The notes: generated from the letters alone by a model not told the origin. 64,000 nucleotides of DNA from Lingula anatina (GCA_051362555.1 CM120644.1:1992954-2056953); one strand, 5' to 3'; shown: positions 1-16,200, numbered from the stretch's first letter. Translations and numbers: made by a program.

Positions 1-152
1 GTTTAAATGCATTGGACAATGCGCTTTACTAGAAAGATATGAGGAAGAAACACTAATTTTTTCGCGGTTGTCTCAAATAACAATGTTTTTCTTTAAACAA
101 AATTAACCAATTACAGCTCTGGCGCAATTACAGCAATAAAATATTTTTTTAC

Positions 153-2880
153 CAATTTCATCCTCTCATTCCACCCGCCATGCCCCTCCTGTAAAAGTTT
201 CACGATCTCTTCTTCGTCCGAAAGTTTAACGATGTCATATTTCTTAAACAACCCCTCCACGGCCACGTCTCTATGTTTGCCCATACTCAGAAGTACACTC
301 TTTTGGAAATCGTCTAAATCCTCACTTGTATCTTCGTCTGCTTCTATTTTCCTTAATGCTTTAGCATTGTAGCTCCATCTGAATAAATGGATAGTTGGGA
401 TTTAAAAAAAAACAAGCTTTTCGTGCTATTGAAATCTATGTGAGATTAGTTCAGTTAGAGGACTTGACGATGTTGGAAAAAAATTTATAAAGGGAGATAA
501 ATAGGAAGAGCAATCATTTATCTAGGCTTAACTTTTTCCGAGGTCACTTCAGTCAACCTTACGGAGGGAACATGAACTGCTTTTCAAATGAATTTAGAAA
601 AATAAATTTAAAAAAAACAACACGTTTAATTGTGAGTTTTAGGCCAAAGATATAGCCCACTATGGCTTTAACTTAGTGCTGGTAGTAGATCTGAAATGAC
701 ATATCGCGTAGTCTTTATATTAGAAAAAACAAAAAAGCCTTATGTTTATGGTGTAATACTTAGGGATCTATTAGTGATCATAATTTATTCAAAATTGAAG
801 TGTATAAAATATTCTACAGTAAGATGAGTGCAACTGTTATACTTACGTTCTAGACTTAAGTCGACTTCAACGTAAAAAAATGACATTTAATCATTTATGT
901 CAACTTACCCGGCGCCGTCGCCGAATCTAACCTGCACATTTCTTCGCGATTTACTTTCTACTTTTCCTTTCACTCCCAGATACTGAAATGAGAAAAAAAT
1001 ACGTCGTCCCTAGACTAAAGAGTTTGGAGACAGAAATTAAAACTGACAATGGTACACAATTTACATCGAGTTTGAGACACAGTTTCCAGGGGCAAACAAA
1101 GAAGTCAGATAATAATTTAACAAACATCAGGACGACTTTTAATGGTAACACTTTGGGAAAAACGAGATAATGAAAAAAAAAAACAAAACAAAAAAAACAA
1201 AAAAAAAAAAAAAAACAACAAAAAAACAAAAACAAAAAAAAAAAAAAAAAACAGTAAATTATTTAAAATGTATAAAAAATTGACAATTAAGGAGTGTGGA
1301 TATTCGTGTCTTATTAGGACGTACGTGTTTCATCCGTGTGTTCCAACCCCCATGGTTTTCTTGAAGTCTCTTCACTTTCTCCTCATCTGAATCAATCTCT
1401 ACACGATCTCCCTTTTGGAGCTGTAAATTGACACATACAAAGGAATATAATCAACCAAAACATGGGTGAATAGATCAAGAAAAAAATATATAATCACATA
1501 GATTAAGGCCCCTTTCAGAATGGATGATCTGAGTGCTTATTGATCCGCCGACTAAAAATGGCCGACCACAGTTGTAAAGCGATGCTGCTAATTCCTGATG
1601 GTCTCCACGCCTCCACACGCGCCGTCGCTGCAGGGGCCTAGCAATTACACCTCGGAGCAGAGATTTCATCCGTTTAAAGGCGCGTGTGGAGTCGGGGAGA
1701 CCATCTGGAATCAGCGGCGTCGCTTTTAAACTGAGGTCGGCCTATAAAACAAAACAAAACAAAACAAAACAAATAATGAATAAAAAATGAACAAAATAAA
1801 AACCAAAAACATTGTAAAATTGTAAATGAAATATGTTTCATTAATTATTCATGTAAACAGTAAAACATTGTATCATAATTATTATAACTGATAATGATAA
1901 GCAAAAAACAAATCACAAATCAACATCAAAATCGAAATTGCGCATGGTATATTTTCTGTGATCATGAAGTCATGGGCAACATATACGGGTATTTTGGCGC
2001 TAATTAATTGTAAAAATGATATTGTAACCTTTGCTAGATCTTCATCGGTATCTTCGTCTCCATCGCTGTCATCAGACGCGATCCCCTTGAGCAAGTCTTC
2101 AAGTCGAGATCTTCTTTCTTCTAAAGCTCTTAAAAGTCCAACTCCGCCACTCCCCTCTCCGGCTGCGCGTGCCAAGTCTTCCTCAAACATCTGCTGGGCC
2201 ATCTTGAGGGAAAAATCGGTCAAGTCATCGTCTGCTCCCGTATTTTTCGTATTTTTCTCGTCTGATCTCGTCTCTGCGCGATGTTGTTCCAGCAGTGCAA
2301 TGGGCACTGCCTTTGGTTTTGGAGGTGGTGGCGGTAGCTTTGAGATTTGACCTGTAAATTATAAAAATAATACGGTAAATACTGCACAATTTTAAATTAA
2401 TTACAAAAGAAAACATTTTAATTTTATATCTCAGATCAGTAATACAGATATAAAGTCATTTTATGAAAATAAGTAGGATGTATAAGGCAACTATATCATA
2501 AATGGTTTTTATACATGTATACTCGGGTAAGAGAAATCCTATTGTACATGACATATTAAATTAAACCATCACAGGCAATTGTTTTGCTAGATCTATTTAG
2601 TTTAAGAAAAGATAAATTAGTATGTTAAATGATAATGATCAAATGTTCTTTTGTGACAAACTAAGAATTTATTTACTCACGAGATGTACTAGTATTTCAG
2701 AGTCATCGGCCATCTTTCTCTGTCTTAACGAGACCTAGATGGCGCATCAAAATATCTGTTATAAGTTTATAAATTTTTAGTTTGTGACAAAACACAAAAG
2801 GTCAAAGTGGGAAGAACTATCTTATGTGTCTAATGTTCATCATTGCCTATCTCATTATGATAGAATTGCTAAATATAATG

Positions 2881-2923
<43 letters not shown>

Positions 2924-5900
2924 ACTGAATATCTCCTGAAGCATTTCGGTGACTTCTTTGGAGAGGGGCCTGTTACACTTGTCAAAGCAAACCATTTTTT
3001 CTATCACTTTTTTCACTTGTTCCACCAAAGTCCCGTCAGACGACCTCTGTTTGACCAACACCGGGGGGTCTAACCCTGCCTTCGCTGCGTTCACTAACTG
3101 TAACCCGGGGGGAATAGCCATTCCAGCGTCTATGTCCTCTGTGAATAATTAACATTGTTTAAATTTATAAGCACACTTTTGAATGAAAAAATAAATAAAT
3201 AAAATAAAAAAAACACTGTGAAGTCCGTAAATTTAGGTTCACAAAGCACGGAAAGCACCGAGAATAGAAAGAGTATGGATAAATTATACAAAAATATTTA
3301 TCTCAGCTGCTACTGATAAAAAAGACGTTTTGATAGGTACACATTTTGTACCCAACAGTGAATGAAACCTGAGCTTTAATTACATTCTAAACCAGTGGAT
3401 ATGGCGTTAACTAACATTTAATAATCTTATTTATACTTTATATCATTATCTATATATACATGTACATTAGATTTTCAATCGGAAAGATAGATCACTGAGA
3501 TTGATTGATTTGCCAAATACTAATAGTAGTAATAATAAGAGAGCTTTTGAAACGCTAATAAACGTTGAAAATAATTCACATTCAAAGCGCTTTCTACACG
3601 TATATATACATGATTATTTAGTTTTACAATTTGCGACCAAATTTTTTAAAAAAATTATACAATATATGTACTAATATATAAATGACAAAACATATACACA
3701 CCTTTGTACATGGGCAGAATATCCTGAACTTCATCAAAATTTATCATTCCGAGAAAAATCAGCCCCATGGCGAAGATGTCGACAGAAGACGTGTAACCCT
3801 CCTGTGAGAACTGCTCCGGGGACATAAAACATGGCGTCCCGGCCATTGTGTTCATGAGGAAAGTCTTTCCTGTGTCTGCAGATTTGCTGAGTCCAAAGTC
3901 CGTTACCTTGACGACAGGGCGGTCATCTGTGGCGCCATAACGCAACATTCTGAGAACAAGAAGGAGTAGTTAGAATATCACTGCAAGGGTTACATATGAT
4001 CTGGTGTTACTTTGTAATAAGACAAAATCGCAAAATAAATATGTTGTTTCGCATTCTTTTTATAAAAAAAAGAGATTTAGATATTAATTTAACCGTAATG
4101 GTCACAGTGCATCAGTATAATTCTTTTGGAAACACACGCAAATGCAGTGGTAAAATTTTAAGACTAGTTAACATTTTAAAGGTGAGATCTATTTTTTTCA
4201 TAATTCATATTTACTTATCATATTGTCATAGTAAATGCGCCCAGAATCATATGCGTTTTTTAAACAAGCAAAGTCAGACGAAGGTTTATCGTAATCGATT
4301 GAAAAGTTTGCATTATGATAATATTATGTAGGTTACCCATACAGTGGTGATTTACATGGATACAGCAATAAAATCTATTCGTGGGCTTGCAACTAAATCT
4401 AACTGGCGACGTCTCCTATCCCTCTCAGAGACTTTAGTCGGTCAAAACCATCTGAAACTAAAGGCTCCGTGAGGGAGATTCAATGTCAAGTCCTGTGCTT
4501 AATTAAAGCAATAATAACTCTTCATTTGAGATTCAAAATTCCGCAAGAAATACATTGTAAACAACGCATGGACATGTATTCCATTGCATTTTACCACTAA
4601 AACGGCTGTTATTGTAGTAAAACTAAAATCTGTGCTTGTCAATAGGGCTTTCGATGCCTTTCTTCCCGGTCGTCAAGGCATCCGTTTCCAATGACGTTAG
4701 GTGTCACACGGATTCTCTCGTTCATTCGAGACCAAAATAACATATGGCGCCATATGCGTGATGCAATCCGCAGACGTAAGTTGCAAGTTTTTGTACAGTG
4801 CGTCGGATAACAAAGAGCCCAGAACTGCACACATTGTAGATATAATTGCATTTTGATCAATAAGACGAATATATCTTATGAATCTTATATAATTGTTATA
4901 TAGTGTTGTTGTTGTCTGCTTTTCCCGCGGTTTTAAGTAGGTTACCAGAAAATATCGCTCGATATCGCGTGACTATGCAAAGTCAGAGAGGGCCCCGTCA
5001 GTAAAAATGTCTTATAGTCTATTAAGAGATTTTAACAAAAACCAAACGTTTAGGAAAAAACCCTGGACTAACTTTGAATGCAGGAATGGGGTCGTTGACC
5101 ATTGGTAAGTACGGGAAAATTGCCGTTTACTCCAGGAAAATCCAATTTTGGCCAAATTAAGAGTTATTATGACTTTTAAAAATGCAGTTTCATTCATGTT
5201 CATCGTGCAAATATTCTTACATATTCTGTGGCTTCAGATCCCTGTGTGTTACTGGCTCTGGTTGAGAATGCAAGTGGTTCACTGCGGCGCTCACTTGGAG
5301 CATTAACTCCAGCTTTGTAGCATCCGGGACTGGCGTGTAGTTCTTGAAATAAGCGGTGAGGTCGCCACAGTCGCAGTACTCCACCAGGATCCAGTAGGAG
5401 TTACCATGGTATTGGAAGTCCAGGAGTTTTATTATGTTGTCGTGTGACGGGACGCTCTGCATGGCTTTAAGCTCTGCCAGTGCATCTCCGCCTTCGGGAG
5501 TTTCTTTTAATTCTATCTGCTTTGCTGCAATCTGAGCAGAAAAAAATATTGACAAACATACATACATGTATGTGGCGTAATCTGTTTATATTATCTAAAC
5601 GATTTCATATATCATTACTTAATGTTTATCTCTGCTTCCTATTTTAAATGTCAGTGGATCAGTGTGACTTAATCTACTTATCATATAGAACAGCATAATT
5701 TATAAGAACTCGTGATACTCGTGATATGCTTTTACACTTTCCGATACATTTTGACTGCAGGGAAACGAAAGTGGCTAGGCTCCTAAATGGAGGGGGAAAA
5801 TAAGTAAAGAGGCTTCAAATTCAGCGGCGGGTTTAGAGGAGGGGGGTCAGGGGGGTGCTTCCTTGTCCGTGAATATAGTTTTCATTTATCTTTCTATCAT

Positions 5901-6152
5901 TCATTCATCTATTTATAGATAAGCTTCTATATATCTATTTACACTACTTTAAATTATCCGTAATTTCGTTAAATAATATATTCACCTGTTATACATTTTT
6001 ACATAATATATATATGTTTGTTCCGCACCCACCTGAGTCTCAGTTTTAGTATCAACCCCTCTGTAGACCACTCCAAAGGCACCTTGTCCCAGTTTATCCA
6101 GCATGTTGACCCTGTACCGACCTAACTTCACAACGCACTGACTCTCCGCCAT
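153..6152 (-). CDS. Ser/Thr protein kinase (STK35/PDIK1L-like) fused to Mind bomb REP/SH3-type repeats, paralog A; 3' end lies beyond the window start
   Basis: GT-AG exons in one continuous frame: 6152-6033, 5531-5221, 3949-3702, 3138-2926, 2351-2029, 1420-1325, 982-909, 378-153 (1611 nt). Kinase motifs LGQGAFGVVYRG, IAAK, HRDLKPQN, KVTDFGLSK, GTPCFMSPE, DIFAMG. Repeats LQKGDRVEI..LQENHGGWNTRMKHYLGVKGKV..WSYN and FKKYDIV..LLQEGHGGWNERMKL. Confidence 0.9.
1560..1742. mobile_element. Palindromic MITE with GGCC termini in an intron of kinase A
   Basis: About 65-bp imperfect inverted arms GGCCGACCACAGTTGTAAAGCGATGCTGCT... / ...AGCGGCGTCGCTTTTAAACTGAGGTCGGCC. Confidence 0.7.
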
Positions 6153-8036
6153 CTTGTACGTTTCTAGAAAAACAAAAACTAGCTTCATACATATATGACC
6201 TGATTACTGCTGAATACATTTTAAGGGGTCTAGGATATTAAAAATACGTCTAAAACTCGATTTTTAGTTTTTTATACGTTAGAAATAATCAATTTTGTAT
6301 CTAATACTCAATTAAGTTATATTTGTGAAACACGGACTAAAAATATACATTTGGACGAGTTTTTCTACCTGTCCTGACTGGAACGGGTGGCAGGCTTTAG
6401 GCTCCGCCTCCGTTGTCAAGCACCGTTACTATGGGGGGCGGGGCAAGAATGGTTGTCTAACTTCTTAAGCTGTTACGCGTGCCCTGGCAGCTCATAAGCC
6501 ATGCTGTGAGATAAGTGCATGGACATGCATATAATCAGACCCTAGGATACAAGTTGTGCAAATCTCTGACCCGACTGGGAGGAAATGTTGTATGTGTGTA
6601 TGTGTGTGTGTACGTGCGTTTGTGAGTGTGTGGGTTTGTGTGTATGTGCGTGTGTGCACGTATGCGTGTGTGTGTGTGTGTCTGTGAGGGTGTGGGGTGG
6701 TTGAAAGCAAAGTCTCGTATTGTTCTGTTAGTATTAATTTTGCATTATCCTTGCAATGGACTCCATTTTGTATCAATTCATGTCTTGTTATTCTTTTTCG
6801 GAGGGGAGGGGGGGGGGGAGTGGAGCGGGGGCTAAGGTTGCACGAACCTCTCTTCAACACCACTGTTTCAACATTGGAACTAATTATGTACCGGTAGCAG
6901 TAGTGTGTATCAGTGGGGGTGGGGGTGGGGATGGGCAACTTTGCCCTCACTTAACTACTGAGCTACATGTCGACCTGCCCCCTCCCTTTTTCAACCACAA
7001 ACAAAAACCACATCACAAAAAATGGTAATATGGAAAATACGAGATTTTATGTTCCTTTTCTTTAGAAAACAAACTAAAGTTGTCCTTAAAGATGCATAAT
7101 AAGCGAGAATAAAGCAGTGTGAATTCCCTGATACAGTCACAAATTACACCTCAATCGTTTTCTTACACAATCCATAAAGTACACAAGCCCCCTCCCCCCA
7201 AAATAAATAAAAATAAAATAAATAAATAAATAAAATAACCCGTATTAGTCACTTGGTTAGCCGAAAAAACTTTCGATTCCTAGACCTACCATGGGGCTCC
7301 TTATACTTGCCCTCAGAAACGAAGGGATAAAATGGAAAAAAAAACTCTGTGGCATTTCTTTAAATTATAAAATTTATGAGACTATATATATGACGGTGCC
7401 TAGGTCTATAAATTTGGTCGGCAATAATTTAACATGTCTACTCGCTGATTACATACTTGTCTACTGTTAAATATTTGCAAAGATAACCGAGACAAACTTT
7501 GTTCCTCTCCTCTACACCCCTTCCCCCCAGCCATCCACCCACCCTTAATTAGTACATAATACCCCACATGAAGATCGACACACGTACAAGTGGTTATACA
7601 CATGTCAAATACTGGCCATTTTAAGACTCCAGCTACATGTAGGTCTACTTCTTTCTCAATCTCCTGCTAGCTCCTATATTATCAAGCACTATCAAGTCAT
7701 AGGTGTATGAGTAATAACACTTCCACATCATAGTTTCTTCAAATCAAAAGTGGACTAAAATGCCTTGTCGACTGTCTAGCTTGTATTTTCTCTTTATCAA
7801 CATATCATTTATAAGGACAACTCACCGGTGCGATATCGTCTCAATTTCGTTGTGCTGTAATGTAGCTACAGTAAAAGCAGTAAACGATCTTTTCCCCCTG
7901 TCATCTGTGTATTTAATGACACATATATACCGGTACGTTCTTACTGCGGTGTACCTGCTGACTAAATTACCCGTAGCTATTTATAGACCAGGGACTCTTT
8001 TTGTTTTGTTTTTACTATATGCAAAATGAAAGAACA

Positions 8037-8263
8037 GGAAAGTTCCTCGTCAACACGTTTTGGCCAGGTTTAAGTACACAGCATCCTTGGAATATGCTGT
8101 GCGTCCTGTTTACTATTTGTTTTTGTTTATAAAAACACCCTTCAGCCTACTAATAAAGTTACTCTTAGCTACAATCGAAAATATTAGGGTGCAAAATACA
8201 GTATGGCGGGCGAGGCAGCAAAATGGGGAATCCCCGTTTTAGCTCACGTGATCGAAATTTCCC
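8037..8263. promoter_or_regulatory. Cluster of NF-kB-like sites plus an E-box in the region between the two divergent kinase genes
   Basis: GGGGAATCCCC at 8225-8235; GGGAAATTTC on minus at 8254-8263; GGAAAGTTCC at 8037-8046; TCACGTGA at 8244-8251. CpG-richer than the flanks. Candidate non-coding-exon donor CAG|GTAGG near 8435. Confidence 0.5.
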
Positions 8264-9197
8264 TTGTGATCAAAACATCCATCGAATAACGGGGACGAGG
8301 CTCAGATATCGGACCCTGAGCTTGATCGGAGATGACTATAGACTGCTCTTTCTCCTGGTCTAATGGACAAATACACTTTACATGAAGCAGCCGAGTTGAG
8401 CGACCGAGGGTCTATATAAAGATCGCTAGAAGCAGGTAGGACATTGTAGGCCTTTCCAGGCTGCAGCTCATCGATACGTTATTTATGGGGCAACACATTA
8501 ATGATAAACATGTAGGAGTGGAGATTACTGTAAAATGGCGTACAGGTGACGCACCCACACCTATATTGTCATGCGTTAGAACATGCAGAATAAGCTAGTA
8601 AATTACAAGAACATGTACATAGGAATGTTTACGTATAAATGTTCGTGTAACTAGGGCAGATCTTGACCTCTGTAATGGTATGTATAGGGCGTGGGAGAGT
8701 GCTTTCGATATCGAAAGTAGGCCTACACCTACTGTATTACTCCTGACTTCCGGTGTTACAAGAACCGTGATATAAATACCGATAGCAGTCGTCATGATAA
8801 TTCAATAATTGTTGATCAAGGCTTAGGCGTATGGAGTTTAGGTTGACCCGAATAAGTTATAGGCCCCCTACACAGAATTTAACAGCTAATACAATAGGCC
8901 TATATAAGACCCATAGCCAGCAATTTCAAAGGGGGGGGGGGGGGGGGTCTTTTGCTGAAAAATTCGATTTTTCAACCACGATAGTTCATACATTTGTACC
9001 TAGATCAAATTTTACCCTTAGAGGGCCCTTTTTCGTCAAAAGGATGGTTCGTTCGAAACTTCCCCTCCCCCCAACCATGTTTGAATAAACTGGTAAGTAA
9101 AAAGATATGGCGACAGTGCACTAGATGAACAGTGTTGAAGAATAGTTATTGTAGGCCTATGTGTGAGGGTGTGGGGATGGGGCTATGATGGCTGAAC

Positions 9198-10058
<861 letters not shown>

Positions 10059-10241
10059 GAGTGAGCAAGAGAGAGAGGGATGGAGATGTACTCGGTATTA
10101 ATGCCGTTCGGTCCAGGCGAGGGAGTAGAGGGGGTCGAGTGCTCCATTAGCGTCCGTCACCCCCCTTTCTGATATCCACGCTCCACCAAATGATTGATTA
10201 ACACTAAATTTCTTTTCCAGGTAAAGAAAGGGTTGAGAACC

Positions 10242-13200
10242 ATGGCTGCAGCAAGCGACCCTGAGTGCTCTGTACAGCTAGGGAAGTATGTCTATATCAA
10301 TATGTTTACCAAGCTGGGCCAGGGGGCATTTGGTGTGGTCTACAGGGGTATGGATACCAAGAGAAATATTGATGTAAGTATTATATAGAGATTTGATGAG
10401 TCAATTTGAGCATTTGTTGACCATTTCCCGTGTCGTTTGCCATTTAGGCCCATCTTAAATCATTATTATCATGTATACTTAAAATTAAAAGAAATTGAAT
10501 ACAAAAATTGAATAGAAATAGAAATATTGATTCGGCTCAAATGACACCAGATTTATCTATAATTGAATTATCTCATTGAGTATCAGTAGTAGTGGAAGAA
10601 CAGTGACCTCTAGCTTTTTCATTAAGACATAATTTGCGTATTTATTTTTTAGTAGATGTTATTCATTTAATTTTTTCATTTGCTTTTGAGATATACTGTA
10701 TAAGGTCTTTTTGAAAGTGAAAGACAAAATTGAACCAAATAGTTTTCATGGTTGTCTTCATGATGTTTTCATTGTTGTCTTTTTTTTTTGTTATTTTTGT
10801 AGTCGTTATTATATTTCAAACACAATAAGAATATTAAAGAAAAGCGATGATCCACCATTTTTTCTCGCAGGTGGCGGCAAAGCAGCTCGAGATCAAAGAC
10901 GACAAAGGTGGCGCTGACGCTATGTCAGAAATCAAGACACTCCAAAAACTCCCCTGCCATGCCAACCTGGTGGCGCTGTACGATTTCCACTTCTTCAGAA
11001 GTTCGTTCTGGGTCGTCATGGAGTTCTGCAACTGCGGGGAGCTGAAGAAGTATTTTGATGACCACAAGCCGGTGGACCAGGCCACCATGATGGACTTTAT
11101 GAGGCAGACGTCCGCCGCCGTGGATTTCATGCACTCTCTAGCAGAACCCGTTATACACCGAGATTTAAAACCAGGGAACATGTGAGTAAGAGGTCGAATT
11201 TAATACTACAGATAAAAATTAACAGTGACAGTTGTGATGATTTTTGTTACCATACGTCTGATTCTTTGATCTATAGGTTCTCTGTACTGCCTTGTTTGCA
11301 CAAGAGCAACAATTATGAATTACTAGCACAGTGCAAAGCTCGAGAAAATGAAAATGTCTAGTATTTAGCGTGGGCAGTGTATTTTTAGTTAAAATAGTCT
11401 ATAATAAGACAGTGCGTTTAGAAATCGGGTTGAACCCGGCAAGTGCCCTTTAGTGACATGTGCATGCTAGGTTCTACTAGGCCCTACTACATGTAGTAGT
11501 ACGTCAATAAACCTGTATTGATCTGGAGCTTTAGCGTGGCTTCTCACGTACCGGTATCTTTGTATATATAATACCTGGCACTGTATTTCAGAAATAAAAT
11601 GTCGCTGGCATTCCATAATTTACAGTTGTAATTCTGTGTTGAAGGAATGTTTTTACTGTAGTTTCGTTCTCTGTGGAGCTCAACTATCGCAATCACTCTG
11701 TCACAACCTTCACTTCACAATGAGTGTTTCAAAAATAGAGCAAGCTAAGGGGTTACGGAGTATTTCTTTAACTATTTTAGAACACAAGGCCCGCCAAAAC
11801 GTTTAGGCCTTCATACGCCACCACTTAACCACGTTTTTTCAAGTTTTATTTCATTTAATTTTAGACTATAAATATTGTTGGTAATATTGTGGAGGAACGA
11901 GAGGGGAGGGGGCACCCACTCGATCAGTCTTGTACGTGCCCCCCTCCTTCCCTCAAAGGTATAAAAAGCGACACGACATCAAATCAAAATTTTTTTTTAG
12001 AATATCTCAGATTAATATTTTGCTCGTCATGATTACATATAACATACCGGTATAACTAAAACACATCACTCAACTCTCTTTCTTTACAGAATGTTAAAGC
12101 AGACCTCTGCCGACCCCAAACCTGTTATAAAGGTTACGGACTTCGGGCTGTCCAAGGTGGCCGATGTGGACTTGTCCAAGACGTTTCTAATGACCACTGT
12201 GGCGGGGACCCCGTGTTTCATGGCTCCAGAGCAGTTTGCTAAAGAACCGTACACCGCCGCTGTGGACGTATTTGCGCTGGGGTTGATATACTTGGGGATG
12301 ATATATTATGAAGAAATAGGCGACATTTTGCCTTTTACAAAAGGTGAGTGGAAAGCGGCGTCCGGTGCTTTTTTAATGGATGAAATGTAATACATGGGTA
12401 TAATGTGAAATATGCTACAATCTTGGTAAACGTGTTTTTAAAAATATTTTTAGGGTGATACTGATTTATGTCTAAAATGATATTTCCTAATTGATTAATA
12501 TGATCCATACGGTATTTATGTAAGATACAAGTGTAGCAGCGAAAAAATAGACAAACGGCTCAGCTTTTAAATTATTTTTATTTGGCACAATCTGAAGGCC
12601 CATTAGACTGATCTAGTGGCAGTCAGTGAGTAACGACATATCTAGTCACAAAAGTCTGATGAGGGTCTCCGACTAAGTTGACCACAATCTAAAAAGTGGT
12701 GAGGAAAAACTTCCAACCTCAGTCAAATGATTATGATTTATATTCAAATACTAAATCAATGAACGTAGGCCTACATATATTTGCTCGAATTATTTATTCC
12801 TTTGTAAATGATATACTATATTATATTATATTATATTATATTATATTATATTATATTATATTATATTATATTATATTATATTATGCTCCAATGGTGTTTA
12901 TTTCAGAGGCCCACTCCACTGGAATGTTACTTCCGCCTGGCATGATAATGCTCCAGTCAAGTAAAACAGGAATGCCCGCTCCCGATCTGGTACAGCACAA
13001 GACGGCAGACAACACTGCGTTGACGCAGTTGAAGGAGCTGATTGGGCAGATGATCAAGGTACGGGCGAAAGAGAGGCCCAAGTCCGCATTAGTGCACGAG
13101 AAGTTGAGGACGATGTGCGGTGAGTGGGAATACTTACTCTAGCGTAGGAATATTCATATTTGTTCATATCTCAAGTTGATACGCTTGCATCCGTTTGTAT

Positions 13201-16200
13201 AAATTATACGAATATAAATGGTGGCCATTGTTCACCAATTCCTGGCAAATTTGAATCTCTATGGTCCAGCATGACTTCAAGAGTACTAGTAGATATATAA
13301 ACGACCTTTTAAATATGAGCACGCATGCGTCTAACCAGTCATAGATTTCTGTTGCGCCTTAAACAAATGTATATTTGTGCATTTGTCTGACCGTGATTTA
13401 ATGCAAACACTATATTTCCATTTATAAGGTTTTTCAGCCGATGTCTCCACTCCTTCAACTCCACCTGGCGGCGATACCACTGATGTAAAAACGACTCCAG
13501 GTGGTGCCACCAGTAGCTCTAGCAGTGACAGCACCAACACCACTACGAGCGAAGAATCTGGGGAAGATTTAGGATATCAGCTTTTACAACAGGCCGTTCA
13601 ACAGATGATGGAAGAAAAGCTTGAAGAGCGGAAGGAGAAGGAGAAGGAAAGCGAAGACCTCCTGAAGCAGATTCGCCGTGGCGCGCCCCTTCTTGAATTG
13701 TTGATGCGGCAAGGTTTGGATGAGAGCTCTGAGGAAAAAGAAGGAGAGGTGATGGATTTCACTGCAAATGGTTTGAAAAACTAAGACTTAGTCCATTAGA
13801 GAGAGTTTGAGGTTGATTGACGTAAAACGTGTATTTCTGTAAAAAAATCGATTATTTACTGATGATGATATAAAGTATACCAGTATTTATGTCAACGTAC
13901 TTTTGAGTAGGCCCTTTCGCATAAATTTTAATATATACAGTTGCAACAATCCATATATTTTGTCGTTGAGAAAATATTTTTTCGTTTAGACAAAGTTTAA
14001 AAATGGCGACCGTGTCCGCGTAACCACTGATTATGTGAAGGCCAAGGAACTGCAAGAAAACTACGGAGGCTGGAATGAATTCATGCGGCCGGTAAGTCTC
14101 GTTTTTTATATCAGTAATTCAATGTCAATATCAATGTCATTCTTAACAATATAGGTACAAGGTCAACATTCTACGTCTCATCATGAACATTAATTACCAC
14201 TGGATGTGCCCTATTTGTAGTAAACCAGCGCTACATTCTTATACATATGACTTAAGATTTTTCTGTTGGTGGTAAGTTGCTGTCTTTTACTGACGCATAA
14301 ACAAACTCCTGTTTCTCCTCTAACACTGTGGAAATGTACTAACAGAATGGTTAACTTAGACTGGGTTCCCATACATAGATCGACCCATCTGGATCGACCT
14401 AACCTCCTGGGGGTTCACGCTAAATTGCTATCAGCTCAAGATGCTTAAATGTCTGTCACGCCTACTGAATCAGCTGGGGGGAGGGGTAAAGATAACTGTC
14501 CCCTAACAGCTTTACTAGGCGTGACAGACATTTAAGCAGGTTACGTTGATAGCAATTTAGTGAGACTCCCCAGGGAGATAGATCGATCCAAATATCAGTG
14601 GGAATGGTACCTAAGCCATCTTACACACTGGCATTGCACTAGAGCAGGTACGTACCAATATATCAGAAGTATATATTCTATCAAACGTTTTTTGTTTGTT
14701 TTAGTATCTTGGCAAAGAGGGGAAAGTGGAGCGAAAAATACTACACGTCGTCAAAGTTGGATTTCCAGACGGACAAATGTAAGGGTTTAATAGTTTAAAG
14801 ATTTAATCTTAAATGGTGGCATGGATTTCTATTTGTAGCAGTGTAGGTTAATTGTTCTAAATTTGTCACGTTGGTATTTTATTAAAAGTTGGATTTGCAG
14901 AACAAAGTGCATATCACCTTTCTGCTAGATAACTTGGTATCAGTGTTGTTTGTGTATCGTTCTTCGTTAGAACATTATGTATATATTAAAATTACATTAG
15001 CATTTCAGCAAACAATTTGCAGTTTAAACATCTCCCACTAGGTGTCTCTCATGACTTCTAACCCCGAAAACTTAATAAATCTGTGAAGACCTTTCATCAA
15101 CTGTAACAGATATGGATATTATTCGCTTAATCCGATGAAATTTAAAATAATATATATATATATAAATATATATATATTGAGTTTCTGTGGGTAATCTACT
15201 TATTATCTTTTTTTTCCGATCTTCAACTTTTGCAGATGGTCTTTTAATCCTGAACTGTTGACGAAACTGACTGAAGATGGCTCTGCGGTCGGTGGAACCT
15301 CTCCAAGCGAAGCTGCAAAAGAAACCAAGCGAGACAAAAACACATCCCACGATGAGATAGTCCGCGGCTTGTTCAAACGGTTTGATGTGGTACAAATAGC
15401 CGAAGAAGCCGAAGTAGTGAAACTTCTGCAAAAAGGGCATGGGGGTTGGAATGAAAAGATGACATTGGTGAGTTTTTTTTACTTGTTTCGAGTGATGAGT
15501 TTTGCTTCTTACAGGTGTACAGTAGTACCATGCAATGCGCTTTTTAGGTAAATTTTCTTGCTTATGTGGATATGCAATTTTAAGCTGATGTACAGTTGTG
15601 GTAGCAAGTTTAACGGTGTGTTTGTACCAAAGCAGTTGCCCATATTTTACAGACACATGTATATATACGAGTATTGTAACACCTTTTCCTCCGTTGTCTT
15701 CTCTTTTAGTGTCTTGGTATCAAGGGACTCATCAACAGAGTGGACAAAGACGGAGACGTTTTTGTGGAGTGCATCAACGGGGACGAGTAAGTTTTGTGTT
15801 TTTTGTTTGCGTGAAAGAGGTTGTAACTTAATTGTCGGTATAAAGTTAAGCAACGTGATAGCCAACGATGAACGCTCTAGATAGTTCTATTTTCCAAACA
15901 TCTGTGGAGCAAATTGATTGATGGCTAAGTTTTATGACAGTCTATATCAAGATTTCTTTATATTTGTGGCGTTTACAGGTACCTGTATGTTGTTTGCTAA
16001 TTTGCTGTCAAGATATTTAGTTTTTGGCAGTGTTGTAAAGAAACTTCTGTCTGTCATAGTGGGGATTTTCTACAATAACCTTAATACTTTCCAGAAAAAA
16101 TACATTCAGTACGTTTTTTAAAATAAGCTGTCTGTTCCATCTTCCAGTTGGACCTTCAACCCTGAAATTCTAATCAAGGTAGAAGATGACCCCAATGCCG

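Noticed and set aside
951-1390. Lys/Phe-rich ORFs
   Set aside because: Produced by intronic poly-A tracts; the real exons are 982-909 and 1420-1325.
5760-5772. ISRE/IRF-like GGAAACGAAAGT in a kinase A intron
   Set aside because: A single short motif, plausible by chance.
15072-15884. Several overlapping ORFs, including a 194-aa minus-strand ORF
   Set aside because: Explained by kinase B exons 8-9 and their antisense or alternative frames.
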